From NCBI RefSeq assembly GCF_964204865.1, contig NC_135259.1, forward strand, positions 12,834,001-12,898,000: DNA of 64,000 nucleotides, in the 5' to 3' direction. Under the pieces are notes generated by a model. That model was not told the origin of the DNA. It searched no databases and saw only the letters and a program-made list of their open reading frames with translations. The DNA is from Styela clava. Taxonomy: Eukaryota. This document shows, in pieces, positions 40,649 through 52,830 of this stretch (position 1 is its first letter; each line of letters begins with the position of its first letter). The position numbers and the translations under genes were made by a program.

Positions 40649-43600
40649 TAAAAAACAACTTTTCAGTGTTTAATATAAGAAATTGCATATATTATTATTG
40701 TTATCTACGTTGATTTGCCTTTGAGACAGTATCATGGCAAAATGCAACTCTTGCTGACTAAAGCATTTGAAGCGAATTACTTCACTGGAATATTTTATTG
40801 TCAATTGTTTATCATGCTAACCTGTAAAGCTGCTTCGTAAGAATGCCATTTCGTTCTATGGACGGTATTCTGAACTTGAAGAAAATCAAAGAGGAATCGG
40901 TATTTGACTCTAATTTCAAAATGCCTGAAAGCTTGCTACTTTGTAAAATGTTCTTGTTTGTAATTCAGTAATTACATTGTCGGTACATATTATGCATAGA
41001 AAATTTTTTTCAAGATGGCAATTTAAAACAATGACGATTACCACTATGATTGAAATTCAAATACTATAACTAAAAGCTGTGGGTAATAAAGTAGATGAAA
41101 TGTTATTTTGTTGAAAAAAATCTTTATTCAATAAAATGTCATTTTGCCATTGTTTTTTATGATTAAAATTGGCTTGAAAATGATGTTTCTTCAAAATTAT
41201 TAGTAAATCTTGTGTGTTTTTAATCAAATGCAAGTCAAATATTTACACGCTGAATCAAAAGTTAACTAGCATGCATAATATAGCCAATAGATGAAAAAAG
41301 GACACAAAAATATACTGTCAATTGTTACTGAATTATTTTTGAACAATTGGAAAAAAGTTTCAATTGTTAATTTCTTCTCATTCAAGTCTTGGAAGAGTTC
41401 AAATGATTGTTCCATTATGTCTTTTATTCTTACCTATCCACGTGCCATTTTATGTTATGGTGTCATCTTCACAAATCTCATTAGTACTTTTGTTGTTTGT
41501 ATAACTCTTTATAATTGTGAAACAGACTGACATTATTATCCGTCTTGTTGCAATAAGTTTACAATTGCAGATTCTTTGTAGAATCTCCTAACGAGTCTGT
41601 TGTTTTTCAATAGCAATGGGTAGCAACTAGTTCCAAGTTGTCTGATCCAAAGCCTAATTCAACAAGTCAGTGATGTTCTGTATTTATGTAACATGTGTCA
41701 ACATACACAAAGTTGACAATGTGTCTCAAACTATATGAAGATGAATTTTTCTGTTCTCCGTATTTCTCAATCTTAAATATTGACTGAACAAGACTATATG
41801 GTGTTTTGTAGTATAAGTCAAAAATTTCATAAGATTGCGACTAAGAACTCTAGCTATTAGTTTTCAGAATAAAAACTTTCAGATAATTACGATTTGGACT
41901 GTTGTTATATTATGGCAGATTGAATTTGATTATAAAGATACTTTGTGTTTCGAGTCTAACAATACAAATAAACTATCTTATATTATCGTCTATTTTTGCA
42001 CTTTATTTTTTTCATAATTTTTCTTGTCATGTTGTAATAAATAACATGTTACGTTCAAATATATGGTGAAAGTTCTGCTTTTTGCATGGTTATTACTATT
42101 AATTAATTACGGTAATTAGTTTAATATCAAACTATTAAATGTATTGACTATTGGATAATTTATCTTCGTTTCTTTCCTAAAATTACACTTAACATTAGAT
42201 TTTATTTTGAGCGTAGATTTCCTATCATATCCCTGCTGAAATATTTGGTAAAATTTACTTCTCAATGACAAATTTTACGGTTTTCATATGTGCTTTTTGC
42301 AATATGAATATCCATTGGCCTATGCTGCTGATAGTTGGCATGTGGCCAATAGTGGCCACACATACTCCAATAATTTAGTATGCAATTGCATTTCTGTTCA
42401 GTACCTACGGTAATTGATTTAATGTGCTGTAGTTTTTGTGTCATCCATGACAATGTATGTCATTTTTAGACGTTAGTCTTGAATTAAGAAATGTGTACTA
42501 TGAATATGTAGGTCTTCTTGCATGAATTTTGATATTTTATTGATGTATATTTCATGGAAGTTATTTCTTTGTCTAAATTAATAAAAGCATGTTCGATTTT
42601 GGATGGATTAAATCTGAGTTCATAAAGTGAGACGCGAAGGTAGCTTTTTTTGATTTTGCTAGCATTTGTATTTTCAGCTTAACTATGCTAGTGTGGAGAT
42701 TTCTGATTTGATATCTAAGTACATCCCACCCAGATGTAGATTTGGCCAAACCAAAGAGATTCTCGCATTCAAAATTTGGTTGTCACACTCTCATTTAGAG
42801 GTGCTCAATGAGGAAGCTTGTTCGGTTCAGTGATGCATCACCAGCTTCATTGTTTGGTTTCAAAGTGTGATAGGTTCTGATCCTCTGGAATGTTCATTGT
42901 CGTTCCTTCCAGCAAAAAGGTTGAAGACCACTGGTGTGGATACTCAGCATCATTATAATCTTTACCTTACATGTGATGTTTGAATCCACACTAATTAATT
43001 TTAGTTTTTGTACAACATGAAAGTATTTCTAAACGTATTAACCCAGAAAGTTGGACGTCAGATATAGATGTAACAAAGTATTATGTTTGGCATATTAATT
43101 AGCAAGAAAAGAGAGTTCATAGGTGTTCACGGAGCAAGGGCAAAACACAAATTTCTTTCGCCTATAATCTTCTGTTACAATATTATGAATATGTGTTATG
43201 AATTTATTCTATTATGGAAGAAAATTTCCCTATCTGCGTGTCTTTACTCTCGTATTATTATTACACACCACACGTTAACGGAGTAAAACCCCAACTGACG
43301 CCTCAGAAGTCATTAAGCACACATTGTATTGTAATGCCGAATGTTCGTATATTGCAAAGTTGCATGATCGAATCCAAACAGATATATTGAAATATACACT
43401 TAAATCCAAATACGAGCTATACGGTTGAAATCCTAATTACCGTAGTAGGCAACGCAAGGGAGGGTGGTTTACGTATACGCTGGTCTTGATCCACAATCAA
43501 GACCATGGATGTGGTACCGGTACCTGTGACTGCTTGTCCACGACCTTGGTTTGATCGGGGGAACTTGTCGATTACGATAGTGATTGGACACGTGGTGTCG

Positions 43601-44340
43601 CTATTGAGTCAAAGCGAAGGGAACATGCGAAAGATCGATAAGTCGGCGGTCTCCGATTACTATATAGTATTAGAGAGCGAGTTTTATATAGTCACCTAAA
43701 TTACATTACAGAATGAGAAATACGAATAGGAATAAAAAAAAAAAATTTGAGCCTCATGCATTAAAATTGAAATATATATTTGGATAAACTAGGATTTAAA
43801 TTTGGCAAAAAAAAATTAATAATTTTTGCACTTTGTTTTATGCTCAGATGACATTAGCGAAGTGCATCACAAATTATTTCAAATGAAAAAGGCGATATTA
43901 TCCGGGTATCTTATTGGGTTATTTGACTCTGTTTCGAATAATCAGTCCAGAAAATTTTTTGCAGGGTGTTGCCTGATACAGTACAGGCCCAACTACAGAA
44001 CTACAGATCCAACGTACGATGATTGATAAATAAACGGAGCACTTAATAATAGGCCTACTTCATAAGTGTTACCGTATAATTTGAAATGAAAACGGTAAAC
44101 AGGATGTCGGGGAAGTAAATAGGGCTATAGTAACATTTTCTCTGTCACTACGGTTTTAAACGATTGAAATTAAGAAGTTATTGAAAGTCGTGGAGGAATC
44201 GTACCGGTATAGCATAGGCCTATCATAGCTGCATAATGGAAAATCGGGCAGGTTTCAGACTTATACCTGTACCTGCATTAAAAATAAATTATTTCATCAA
44301 TTGCTCTATTTGACTGTTTGGTGTAATAGGTACCTAAGTT

Positions 44341-46086
44341 GGGTAGTTATAAAATGGCTATGTCCCATATGTCCGCTATGTCCCTACTAAAATGGCTATG
44401 TCCGCTATGTCCCTACTAAAATGGCTATGTCCCATCTAAAATTGCGACTCCGATATTTTCCTACTACAATGACTATGTCCGCTATGTCCCTACTAAAATG
44501 GCTATGTCCGCTATGTCCCTACTAAAATGGCTATGTCCCATCTAAAATTGCGACTCCTATATTTTCCTACTAAAATGACTATGTCCGCTATGTCCCTACT
44601 AAAATGACTATGTCCGCTATGTCCCTACTAAAATGGCTATGTCCGCTATATCCCTACTAAAATGGCTATGTCCCATCTAAAATTGCGACTTCGATATTTT
44701 CCTACTAAAATGACTATGTCCGCTATGTTCCTACTAAAACGGCTATGTCCCTACTAAAATGGCTAAGTCCCATTTAAAATTGCGACTCCGATATTTTCCT
44801 ACTAAAACGGCTATGTCCCTACTAAAATGGCTATGTCCCATCTAAAATTGCGACTCCGATATTTTCCTACTAAAATGACTATGTCCGCTATGTCCTTACT
44901 AAAATGGCTATGTCCGCTATATCCCTACTAAAATGGCTATGTCCCATCAAAAATTGCGACTCCGATATTTTCCTACTAAAATGACTATGTCCGCTATGTC
45001 CCTACTAAAATGACTATGTCCGCTATGTCCCTACTAAAATGGCTATGTCCGCTATATCCCTACTAAAATGGCTATGTCCCATCTAAAATTGCGACTCCGA
45101 TATTTTCCCACTAAAATGACTATGTCCGCTATGTCCTACTAAAATGACTATGTCCGCTATGTCCCTACTAAAATGGCTATGTCCCATCTAAAATTGCGAC
45201 TCCGATATTTTCCTACTAAAATGACTATGTCCGCTATGTCCCTACTAAAATGGCTATGTCCCATCTAAAATTGCGACTCCGATATTTTCCTACTAAAATG
45301 ACTATGTCCGCTATGTCCCTACTAAAATTGCTATGTCCCAACTAAAATGGCTATGTTTCATCTAAAATTGCGACTCCGATATTTTCCTACTAAAATGACT
45401 ATGTCCCTACTAAAATGACTATGTCCGCTATGTCCCTACTAAAATGGCTATGTCCGCTATATCCCTACTAAAATGGCTATGTCCCATCTAAAATTGCGAC
45501 TCCGATATTTTCCTACTAAAATGGCTATGTCCCTACTAAAATGGCTATGTCCCATCTAAAATTGCGACTCCGATATTTTTCTATTAAAATGACTATGTCC
45601 CTACTAAAATGGCTATGTCTCTACTAAAATGGCTATGTCCGCTATATCCCTACTAAAATGGCTATGTCCCTACTAAAATGGCTATGTCCCATCTGAAATT
45701 GCGACTCCGATATTTTCCTACTAAAATGACTATGTCCCTACTAAAATGGCTATGTCCGCTATATCCCTACTAAAATGGCTATGTCCCATCTAAAATTGCG
45801 ACTCCGATATTTTCTGACTATGTCCGCTATGTTCCTACTAAAATGACTATGTCCGCTATGTGCCTACTAAAACGGCTATGTCCCACTAAAATGGCTATGT
45901 CCCATCTAAAATTGCGACTCCGATATTTTCCTACTAAAATGACTATGTCCGTACTAAAATGGCTATTTCTCTACTAAAATGGCTATGTCCCATCTAAAAT
46001 TGCGACTCCGATATTTTCCTACTAAAATGGCTATGTCCCTACTAAAATGGCTATTTCCGCTATGTCCCTACTAAAATGGCTATGTC
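44341..46086 (+). repeat. Left foldback arm: modular tandem repeat
   Basis: Mix of CTACTAAAATGRCTATGTCC (20 bp), GCTATGTCC (9 bp) and CATCTAAAATTGCGACTCCGATATTTTC (28 bp). Confidence 0.95.
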
Positions 46087-46243
46087 ATCTACTACATTTT
46101 TAATATAGCCATGCATATCTGAGAAAAAAGCTAGTATATGTCTTGATGCAATTAAAATAAGTTTATTGCTTAGGCATATTAACGAATTGTGTCAAGGGCC
46201 GACTCTATCAAGGTCTACATATTTAATAGTCATTAATGAAAAA

Positions 46244-49082
46244 TTATATTTTTCGAGTCTTTCTCTTCCTTTTTTCTCCCTTTTTCAATCCAGCTGTTTG
46301 TGATGGAGTTATTGTTTGCAATTTACCATCAGTTGATGAACAAAGACGAGGAGGACATTTATCAGGGGAAGACAACTGAACACGTTGTAAAAAATCTTTA
46401 AAATATTTATTTCGTTCGACTTCCGTCATCAGCATCCAAGTGTATACGGACAACGAAAATTGGGCATATGGTCCGTACAACGTGTATGGCCCTTGCTTCA
46501 ACAGTGCCTTTCTCACATCGGTATACGACGACTTGATTATATCACCAAGCATGTGAATTAAATCAGGAAGTTTATGTTGTCTCCAATTGGCAACGCATTT
46601 CAATACATGGTTTAAGGACTCGTTGTTGTTATTTGTCCACAGGTATCCATTTGTATGTGACTTTTTTTGCCAAATATTATTTTTAAATAACGGAAGAAAT
46701 CTTGTTTTGAGGTATCCAACAACCTTTGCACCTGGTTTTACAGTACGATACGACTTCTTCAGTCTTTGAATCAAACTCTTTTTCATTTTGGCAATGAAAC
46801 AAACCGAAAACTTCACTAACAATTGATCTCCGGAGGTTTTCACTGGTACCGACCTTATCCTTAAGATAATTTATTAAATTTTCCCTCATGTGTCTGCTGC
46901 AAAGGACATGAGTTGAATCCGGGAAAGAAGATGTGAAAGCACCGTGTAGGGCCGATTCGTCATCAGTACCAACGGTCAAGTTATCCAACTTTCTACCAAG
47001 TTTGGATTTTATGTTGGTAAAAAATTCTGTAAATGTGGATTTGTCAGATTTGTGGTGTAAAAATATAGGACCGAAAAACAATGGGTGTTCACCGGATTTA
47101 CATGACAGCAAGGAAAGATTTTTGAAAACTGTAACTGTGACGTAGACTCGTCCTAAATTGAAGGTTTTATCAATCCTAAGAATAGTTTTACCTGAGCAAC
47201 AAAACCGCTTCAGATCCAAGCATTGCTCTTCAAAGAATAAAGTTACATTAACAGATTCCATTTTACTGTGGGTTACTTTTTGTACAAATTCGTTTGTTTG
47301 CGCCATGTTAATGACCTCTAATATCTCGTCAGCGTAATTTTTATGATATATTTTTATTCCTGCTCCCTGCTTTTTCTTTTTTTGATTGAACCTCGCATTT
47401 TCGATTTGTCTTAGATTTCTGGGGTTTTCCTCCGCATGTTGTTGAAGATTAACATAAAGTTTTTTTGCAGTAACGCCTTCACATTTAGATATAATATTTT
47501 CCATAACGTCTGCTGATGTTCTTATGTACGCCTGTTGGTTTATCTTTGCATTTTCATGGGGTGTATGACCAGGAAATATGCCCTTGTATTCCACTACTGC
47601 CACATTCATACCAATGTGGCCATCGATCCAAGTGATTCGTCGTTCATAGCCAGTCGGTTGCCGAGCATAATAATGTCCAATTCTCCATATTGCACTCGTT
47701 TTGGGTTGTGGCTCAATAACTGGATATGACAGTTTTTTTCCGTGGCGCGATCTTATGCAAAATCTCCCCCCTTTCTCATAAATATATTTAACCTCGTCAT
47801 TTTGAAGTAAATACAGAGCGGAGGTATAATTGGTTTGTTTCCAGCTTCCGCAATCGTCTTCGAAAATTTGCTTCACTTTTTTCTCTTTTCTGCGTATGTT
47901 TTCGTTGTGATCAACTATGAAATAACAGTTGTTTTTCTCCCCCGTTGGTATTCTAGGACTAACTTTCACGGTTTTGTTTTTGAATATTTTCAACAATTCT
48001 GAAATACCCAAGAAAATACCAAACGGAAGCTCATGCCAGCCCTCGTCTACAGTGTTTTGGTCAGTCTGCGCATAAATCATACTGGATATCATATTTTCAG
48101 ATTCTTCAGTGTGGCAATTTGAAATCTCCAGACCTGGTCTCTCCAGATCAATGCAAGTATTCAAGGACAATTTTTGACTTTGTCGAAGGTGTCTCTTTAA
48201 TAAAGGAACAAAGTGATTGGGTACGAAATCAATAAAATTTGCAGGAACATTTGTTGTAGTCCACATTATGTGAAAATATGGACCCCGTCTCGAAGAAACC
48301 TCCCTACCCTGGATACTTATTGAATAAGCGGAAGATCGCATGTCTGTTGGGCCGGTAGAAGGCTGAAAGGAGTTGTATGAAACTTTCAATGCGGCGCTAA
48401 GAGCCAATAAGCAATCCATCCCACAATGGCTGCCAATTGTCGCTGCACAGTGTAGTACGTTTTTCAGATCCAGAGTAACGATCCTAAAGTCTTTAAGGAC
48501 TGGATGTAAATTTGTACTCTCGATGTCGTAACACTGGGGATAAGACAGAATTTCAATAATAGTTAAGAAGCTAAGATGAAGGAAATGATCCTGTGTACCA
48601 AACAAAGCAAAAGAAACTGCCCGATACAGGCAATTTCCATCACCTATCGTATATATCGGTTCATATTCATCTAAAACCGATGGCGACAATTGTTGTAACA
48701 GATTATTGGACGGTTCATCTAATTCACCCTGAAAATTCCTCGATTCTGGAAACTCAGGAAGCTTTACTTTATGTGCGTCCATCAGCATTTGCTCCTGCTC
48801 AGCTATTTCTTTCAGGCATTTATATACATTTTTGGTATCAAAACTCACACGATCAATTTTGTTCATAACTCTTCTCATCGACACCTCGAAATCATAGCCA
48901 TGGTCAAGAAAAACACAAGATTTACAATAGTAAGATAGATGTTTTTCTCCCCATTGTTGCCGTAATTCGGTTTCTATCCGGGCACAATCGAAATGGCACC
49001 AGCGTTCACAACCAGAACATTCAATGCAACCAGTTGAACAATCCAAACCGCAAAACAAGCATTTGTATGATGACTGATACAT
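46244..49082 (-). pseudogene. PHD finger - OTU-like cysteine protease - MULE DDE transposase fusion, one frameshift
   Basis: ORF 49154-46683 (likely Met at 49082): C4HC3 PHD (CLFC..CIECSGCERWCHFDC..YYCKSC), OTU-like GDGNCLYRAVS...PNHFVPL, MULE core IDKTFNL (D at 47169-47171), GTDDESAL (D at 46962-46964) and CSRH. The catalytic E motif WTNNNNESLNHVLK (E at 46619-46621) is in the overlapping ORF 46843-46244, so the frame shifts at ~46720-46740. Confidence 0.9.
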
Positions 49083-49383
49083 ACCTCGATCCGGCAGAAA
49101 TGAAAAAAATCGTTGTGCCAGCGTCGACAAATACAACATGGTGCCAACTCGCAATAAAAAGATACCACACTCATGAATTTTCCCAGCATAAACAATAAAT
49201 GTGTTTTGCTAAATAAATTCTAAATTATACGCAGTCCAACAAGCACTTTAAAAATGCTATCTTAATTTTTGATAATTTCCTTGTCTCTTTCTTCTTTACG
49301 GTATAGTCATACTATGTGGCAACGTTGGGAAAACTAGCTTGGAAATGTCCTTTGTGACGTCACTAATACGGAATATATATTTA

Positions 49384-50036
49384 CAGGGTGGTCCAAGCAT
49401 TGATACCTTATGTAGTCATCAATGGTCCAAGGTTGTCGCCTCGCGGGCCACAAAATTACTTTTGCATTGTTCGCGGGCCACAATAGTGCCAAGAATAGGT
49501 AAACAGTGCAATACAAAACAAACACTTTTATTGTGCAAATACATAGTTATCACTCAGACATAGCCATTACAGGCTAATAGAATCCGCATTCGATTTTTAG
49601 TTTTCTATGATGCCTACCGTGTTTCCGCGAAAATAAGACAGTGTCTTATTTCAATTTTCTTTCGAAAAATATCACTAGAGCTTATTTTCGGGGAATGTCT
49701 TATAATTTTATTTATCAAAAACAAAATTAGAAAGTACAGAAGCGAAACACGGTATATTGTTAGCATATATTCCCGAACAAAAAGATAGAAAGCCAGATAA
49801 CGATTTAGACTGCCAAGCACATCATTCAACTTCGCTAGTTGCCTCAGCTAGCCATAACACTAGTCAATTCAGTGACATTATTGATGTAACAAAATGTCAA
49901 AAGTTTTTTCTATTTAATTTTATTACGAAACAACACGAAATGCGATTTTTTGATTACTCTCCGAATGTGACGCGGGCCACAGATAATAAAGCGGCGGGCC
50001 ACATGTGGCTTGCGTGCCTGGGTTTGGATCACCTTG
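49384..50036. mobile_element. hAT MITE (same family as 27678-28156) inside the Mutator element
   Basis: Ends CAGGGTGGTCCAA / TTGGATCACCTTG. The body aligns with 27678-28156; TSD-like ATATTTAC / ATATCTAC. Confidence 0.8.
49617..49752. mobile_element. 136-bp Tc1/mariner-type MITE nested in the hAT MITE
   Basis: TA|CCGTGTTTC...GAAACACGG|TA. The paralogous hAT copy has the empty site GATGCCTATATT at ~27866-27877. Confidence 0.85.
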
Positions 50037-50306
50037 ATATCTACCTTATAGGTAAGTTTTAAACAAAATATTAACTACTACCATTCAATTTATTTTGACA
50101 TTCTAGAATAGTTGATTTTAAAAATGTGCAAATTTTAAATCAAAATTAGAACTTGAAAAATTGCATATATAGTCTAGAATCTAGATACAAAGTAACAGTT
50201 GATTTGATGTTAATTTCAAAGTCTCTTTTCTTAACCCTACGTCACAATTGATTTTGTGGTGATGATCATGTTCGATATAAATCTATCAATTTTGATCCGA
50301 TATTCC

Positions 50307-52495
50307 AGACATAGCTATTTTAGTTGAAACTAATCGGAATCGCAATTTTAGAACATAGCCATTTAGGACTTTGCCATTTAAGTAGGGACATAGCCATTTT
50401 AGTAGAGATATAGACATTTTAGTAGGAATATAGCGGACATAGCCATTTTAGTAGGGACATAGCGGACATAGTCATTTTAGTAGGAAAATATCGGAGTCGT
50501 AATTTTAGATGGGACATAGCCATTTTAGTAGGGACATAGCCATTTTAGTAGGAAAATAGCGGACATAGCCATTTTAGTAGGGACATAGCGGACATAGTCA
50601 TTTTAGTAGGGACATAGCGGACATAGTCATTTCAGTAGGAAAATATCGGAGTCGCAATTTTAGATGGGACATAGCCATTTTAGTAGGGACATAGCGGACA
50701 TAGTCATTTTAGTAGGGACATAGCGGACATAGTCATTTTAGTAGGAAAATATCGGAGTCGCAATTTTAGATGGGACATAGCCATTTTAGTAGGGACATAG
50801 CGGACATAGTCGTTTTAGTAGGGACATAGCGGACATAGTCATTTTAGTAGGAAAATATCGGAGTCGCAATTTTAGATTGGACATAGCCATTTTAGTAGGG
50901 ACATAGCGGACATAGCCATTTTAGTAGGGACATAGCCATTTTAGTAGGGACATAGCGGACATAGTCATTTCAGTAGGAAAATATCGAAGTAGCAATTTTA
51001 GATGGGACATAGCCATTTTAGTAGGGACATAGCGGACATAGTCATTTTAGTAGGGACATAGTCATTTTAGTAGGAAAATATCGGAGTCGCAATTTTAGAT
51101 GGGACATAGCCATTTTAGTAGGGACATTGCGGACATAGCCATTTTAGTAGGGACATAGCGGACATAGTCATTTTAGTAGGAAAATATCGGAGTCGCAATT
51201 TTAGATGGGACATAGCCATTTTAGTAGGGACATAGCGGACATAGTCGTTTTAGTAGGGACATAGCGGACATAGTCATTTTAGTAGGAAAATATCGGAGTC
51301 GCAATTTTAGATTGGACGTAGCCATTTTAGTAGGGACATAGCGGACATAGCCATTTTAGTAGGGACATAGCCATTTTAGTAGGGACATAGCGGACATAGT
51401 CATTTCAGTAGGAAAATATCGAAGTAGCAATTTTAGATGGGACATAGCCATTTTAGTAGGGACATAGTCATTTTAGTAGGAAAATATCGGAGTCGCAATT
51501 TTAGATGGGACATAGCCATTTTATAGGGACATAGCGGACATAGCCATTTTAGTAGGAAAATAGCCGACATAGCCATTTTAGTAGGGACATAGCGGACATA
51601 GTCATTTTAGTAGGAAAATATCGGAGTCGCAATTTTAGATGGGACATAGCCATTTTAGTAGGGACATAGCGGACATAGCCATTTTAGTAGGGACATAGCG
51701 GACATAGTCATTTTAGTAGGGAAATATCGGAGTCGCAATTTTAGATGGGACATAGCCATTTTAGTAGGGACATAGCGGACATAGCCATTTTAGTAGGGAC
51801 ATAGCGGACATAGTCATTTTAGTAGGGAAATATCGGAGTCGCAATTTTAGATGGGACATAGCCATTTTAGTAGGGACATAGCGGACATAGTCATTTTAGT
51901 AGGAAAATATCGGAATCGCAATTTTAGATGGGACATAGCCATTTTAGTAGGGACATAGCGGACATAGCCATTTTAGTAGGGATATAGCGGACATAGCCAT
52001 TTCAGTAGGGACATAGCGGACATAGTCATTTTAGTAGGGAAATATCGGAGTCGCAATTTTAGATGGGACATAGCCATTTTAGTAGGGACATAGCGGACAT
52101 AGCCATTTTAGTAGGGACATAGCGGACATAGTCATTTTAGTAGGGAAATATCGGAGTCGCAATTTTAGATGGGACATAGCCATTTTAGTAGGGACATAGC
52201 GGACATAGTCATTTTAGTAGGAAAATATCGGAATCGCAATTTTAGATGGGACATAGCCATTTTAGTAGGGACATAGCGGACATAGCCATTTTAGTAGGGA
52301 TATAGCGGACATAGCCATTTCAGTAGGGACATAGCGGACATAGTCATTTTAGTAGGGACATAGCGGACATAGTCATTTTAGTAGGAAAATATCGGAGACG
52401 CAATTTTAGATGGGACATAGCCATTTTAGTAGGGACATAGCGGACATAGCCATTTTAGTAGGGACATATGGGACATAGCCATTTTATAACTACCC
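50307..52495 (-). repeat. Right foldback arm: modular tandem repeat, inverted relative to the left arm
   Basis: Reverse complements of the same 20-, 9- and 28-bp modules, with internal higher-order duplications of 435 bp and 318 bp. Confidence 0.95.
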
Positions 52496-52589
52496 CCTAA
52501 GTTAAGTTACTGTTTGCTGGTTTGCAATTCAGTGCTTTGATAGCACAGTAGCAACAAGCCCATCTTGTTGACTTGAGTTAACTTAGGCT

Positions 52590-52830
52590 TTGCCTGTTTG
52601 TGGTGTGACGTCATGTGCTAAGTCTGTAAGTGTTGAAAATAAGCTCACCACCGACTGACCCAACCTCAGATTATCCTGCCTGGGTTCGAATCCCATGCGG
52701 CATTAATTATGTGCAAGACGACTGCTGGCCTCCTCACCACCGGCTTAGTGTCAGAGTGTGGTTTGCCATATGATTAAGCTGATAATAGGCTTTCCTCTTC
52801 CCTGGAATAAATTTTTTAAATCCTATCATG
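52590..52830 (+). mobile_element. tRNA-derived SINE copy (internally deleted)
   Basis: B box GGTTCGAATCCC (~52683) and tail CATATGATTAAG...TAAATCCTATC, as in the other copies. Confidence 0.6.

Larger units (their letters stand above)
44341..52495 (-). mobile_element. Foldback-type Mutator (MULE) DNA transposon, 8155 bp
   Basis: Perfect 8-bp TSD CCTAAGTT (44333-44340 and 52496-52503). The outermost 34 bp are a perfect inverted repeat (GGGTAGTTATAAAATGGCTATGTCCCATATGTCC). Kilobase inverted arms flank a MULE transposase gene. Confidence 0.95.

Noticed and set aside
40649-44000. Additional gene between dynein LIC and the Mutator element
   Set aside because: Only short AT-rich ORFs without a consistent splice chain or recognisable motifs; compatible with a long 3' UTR plus intergenic DNA.
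46695-46735. Small intron repairing the transposase frameshift (AG|GTGCAA donor)
   Set aside because: The only nearby acceptor gives an intron of ~30 nt without a pyrimidine tract, and it would delete the conserved-looking GYL segment.
44341-52495. CRISPR-like array or telomeric/centromeric satellite
   Set aside because: There are no unique spacers and the context is eukaryotic. The repeats are bounded by TIR ends and a TSD around a transposase.
52600-52700. tRNA gene (GGTTCGAATCCC B box)
   Set aside because: No cloverleaf, and the flanks match the dispersed SINE family.
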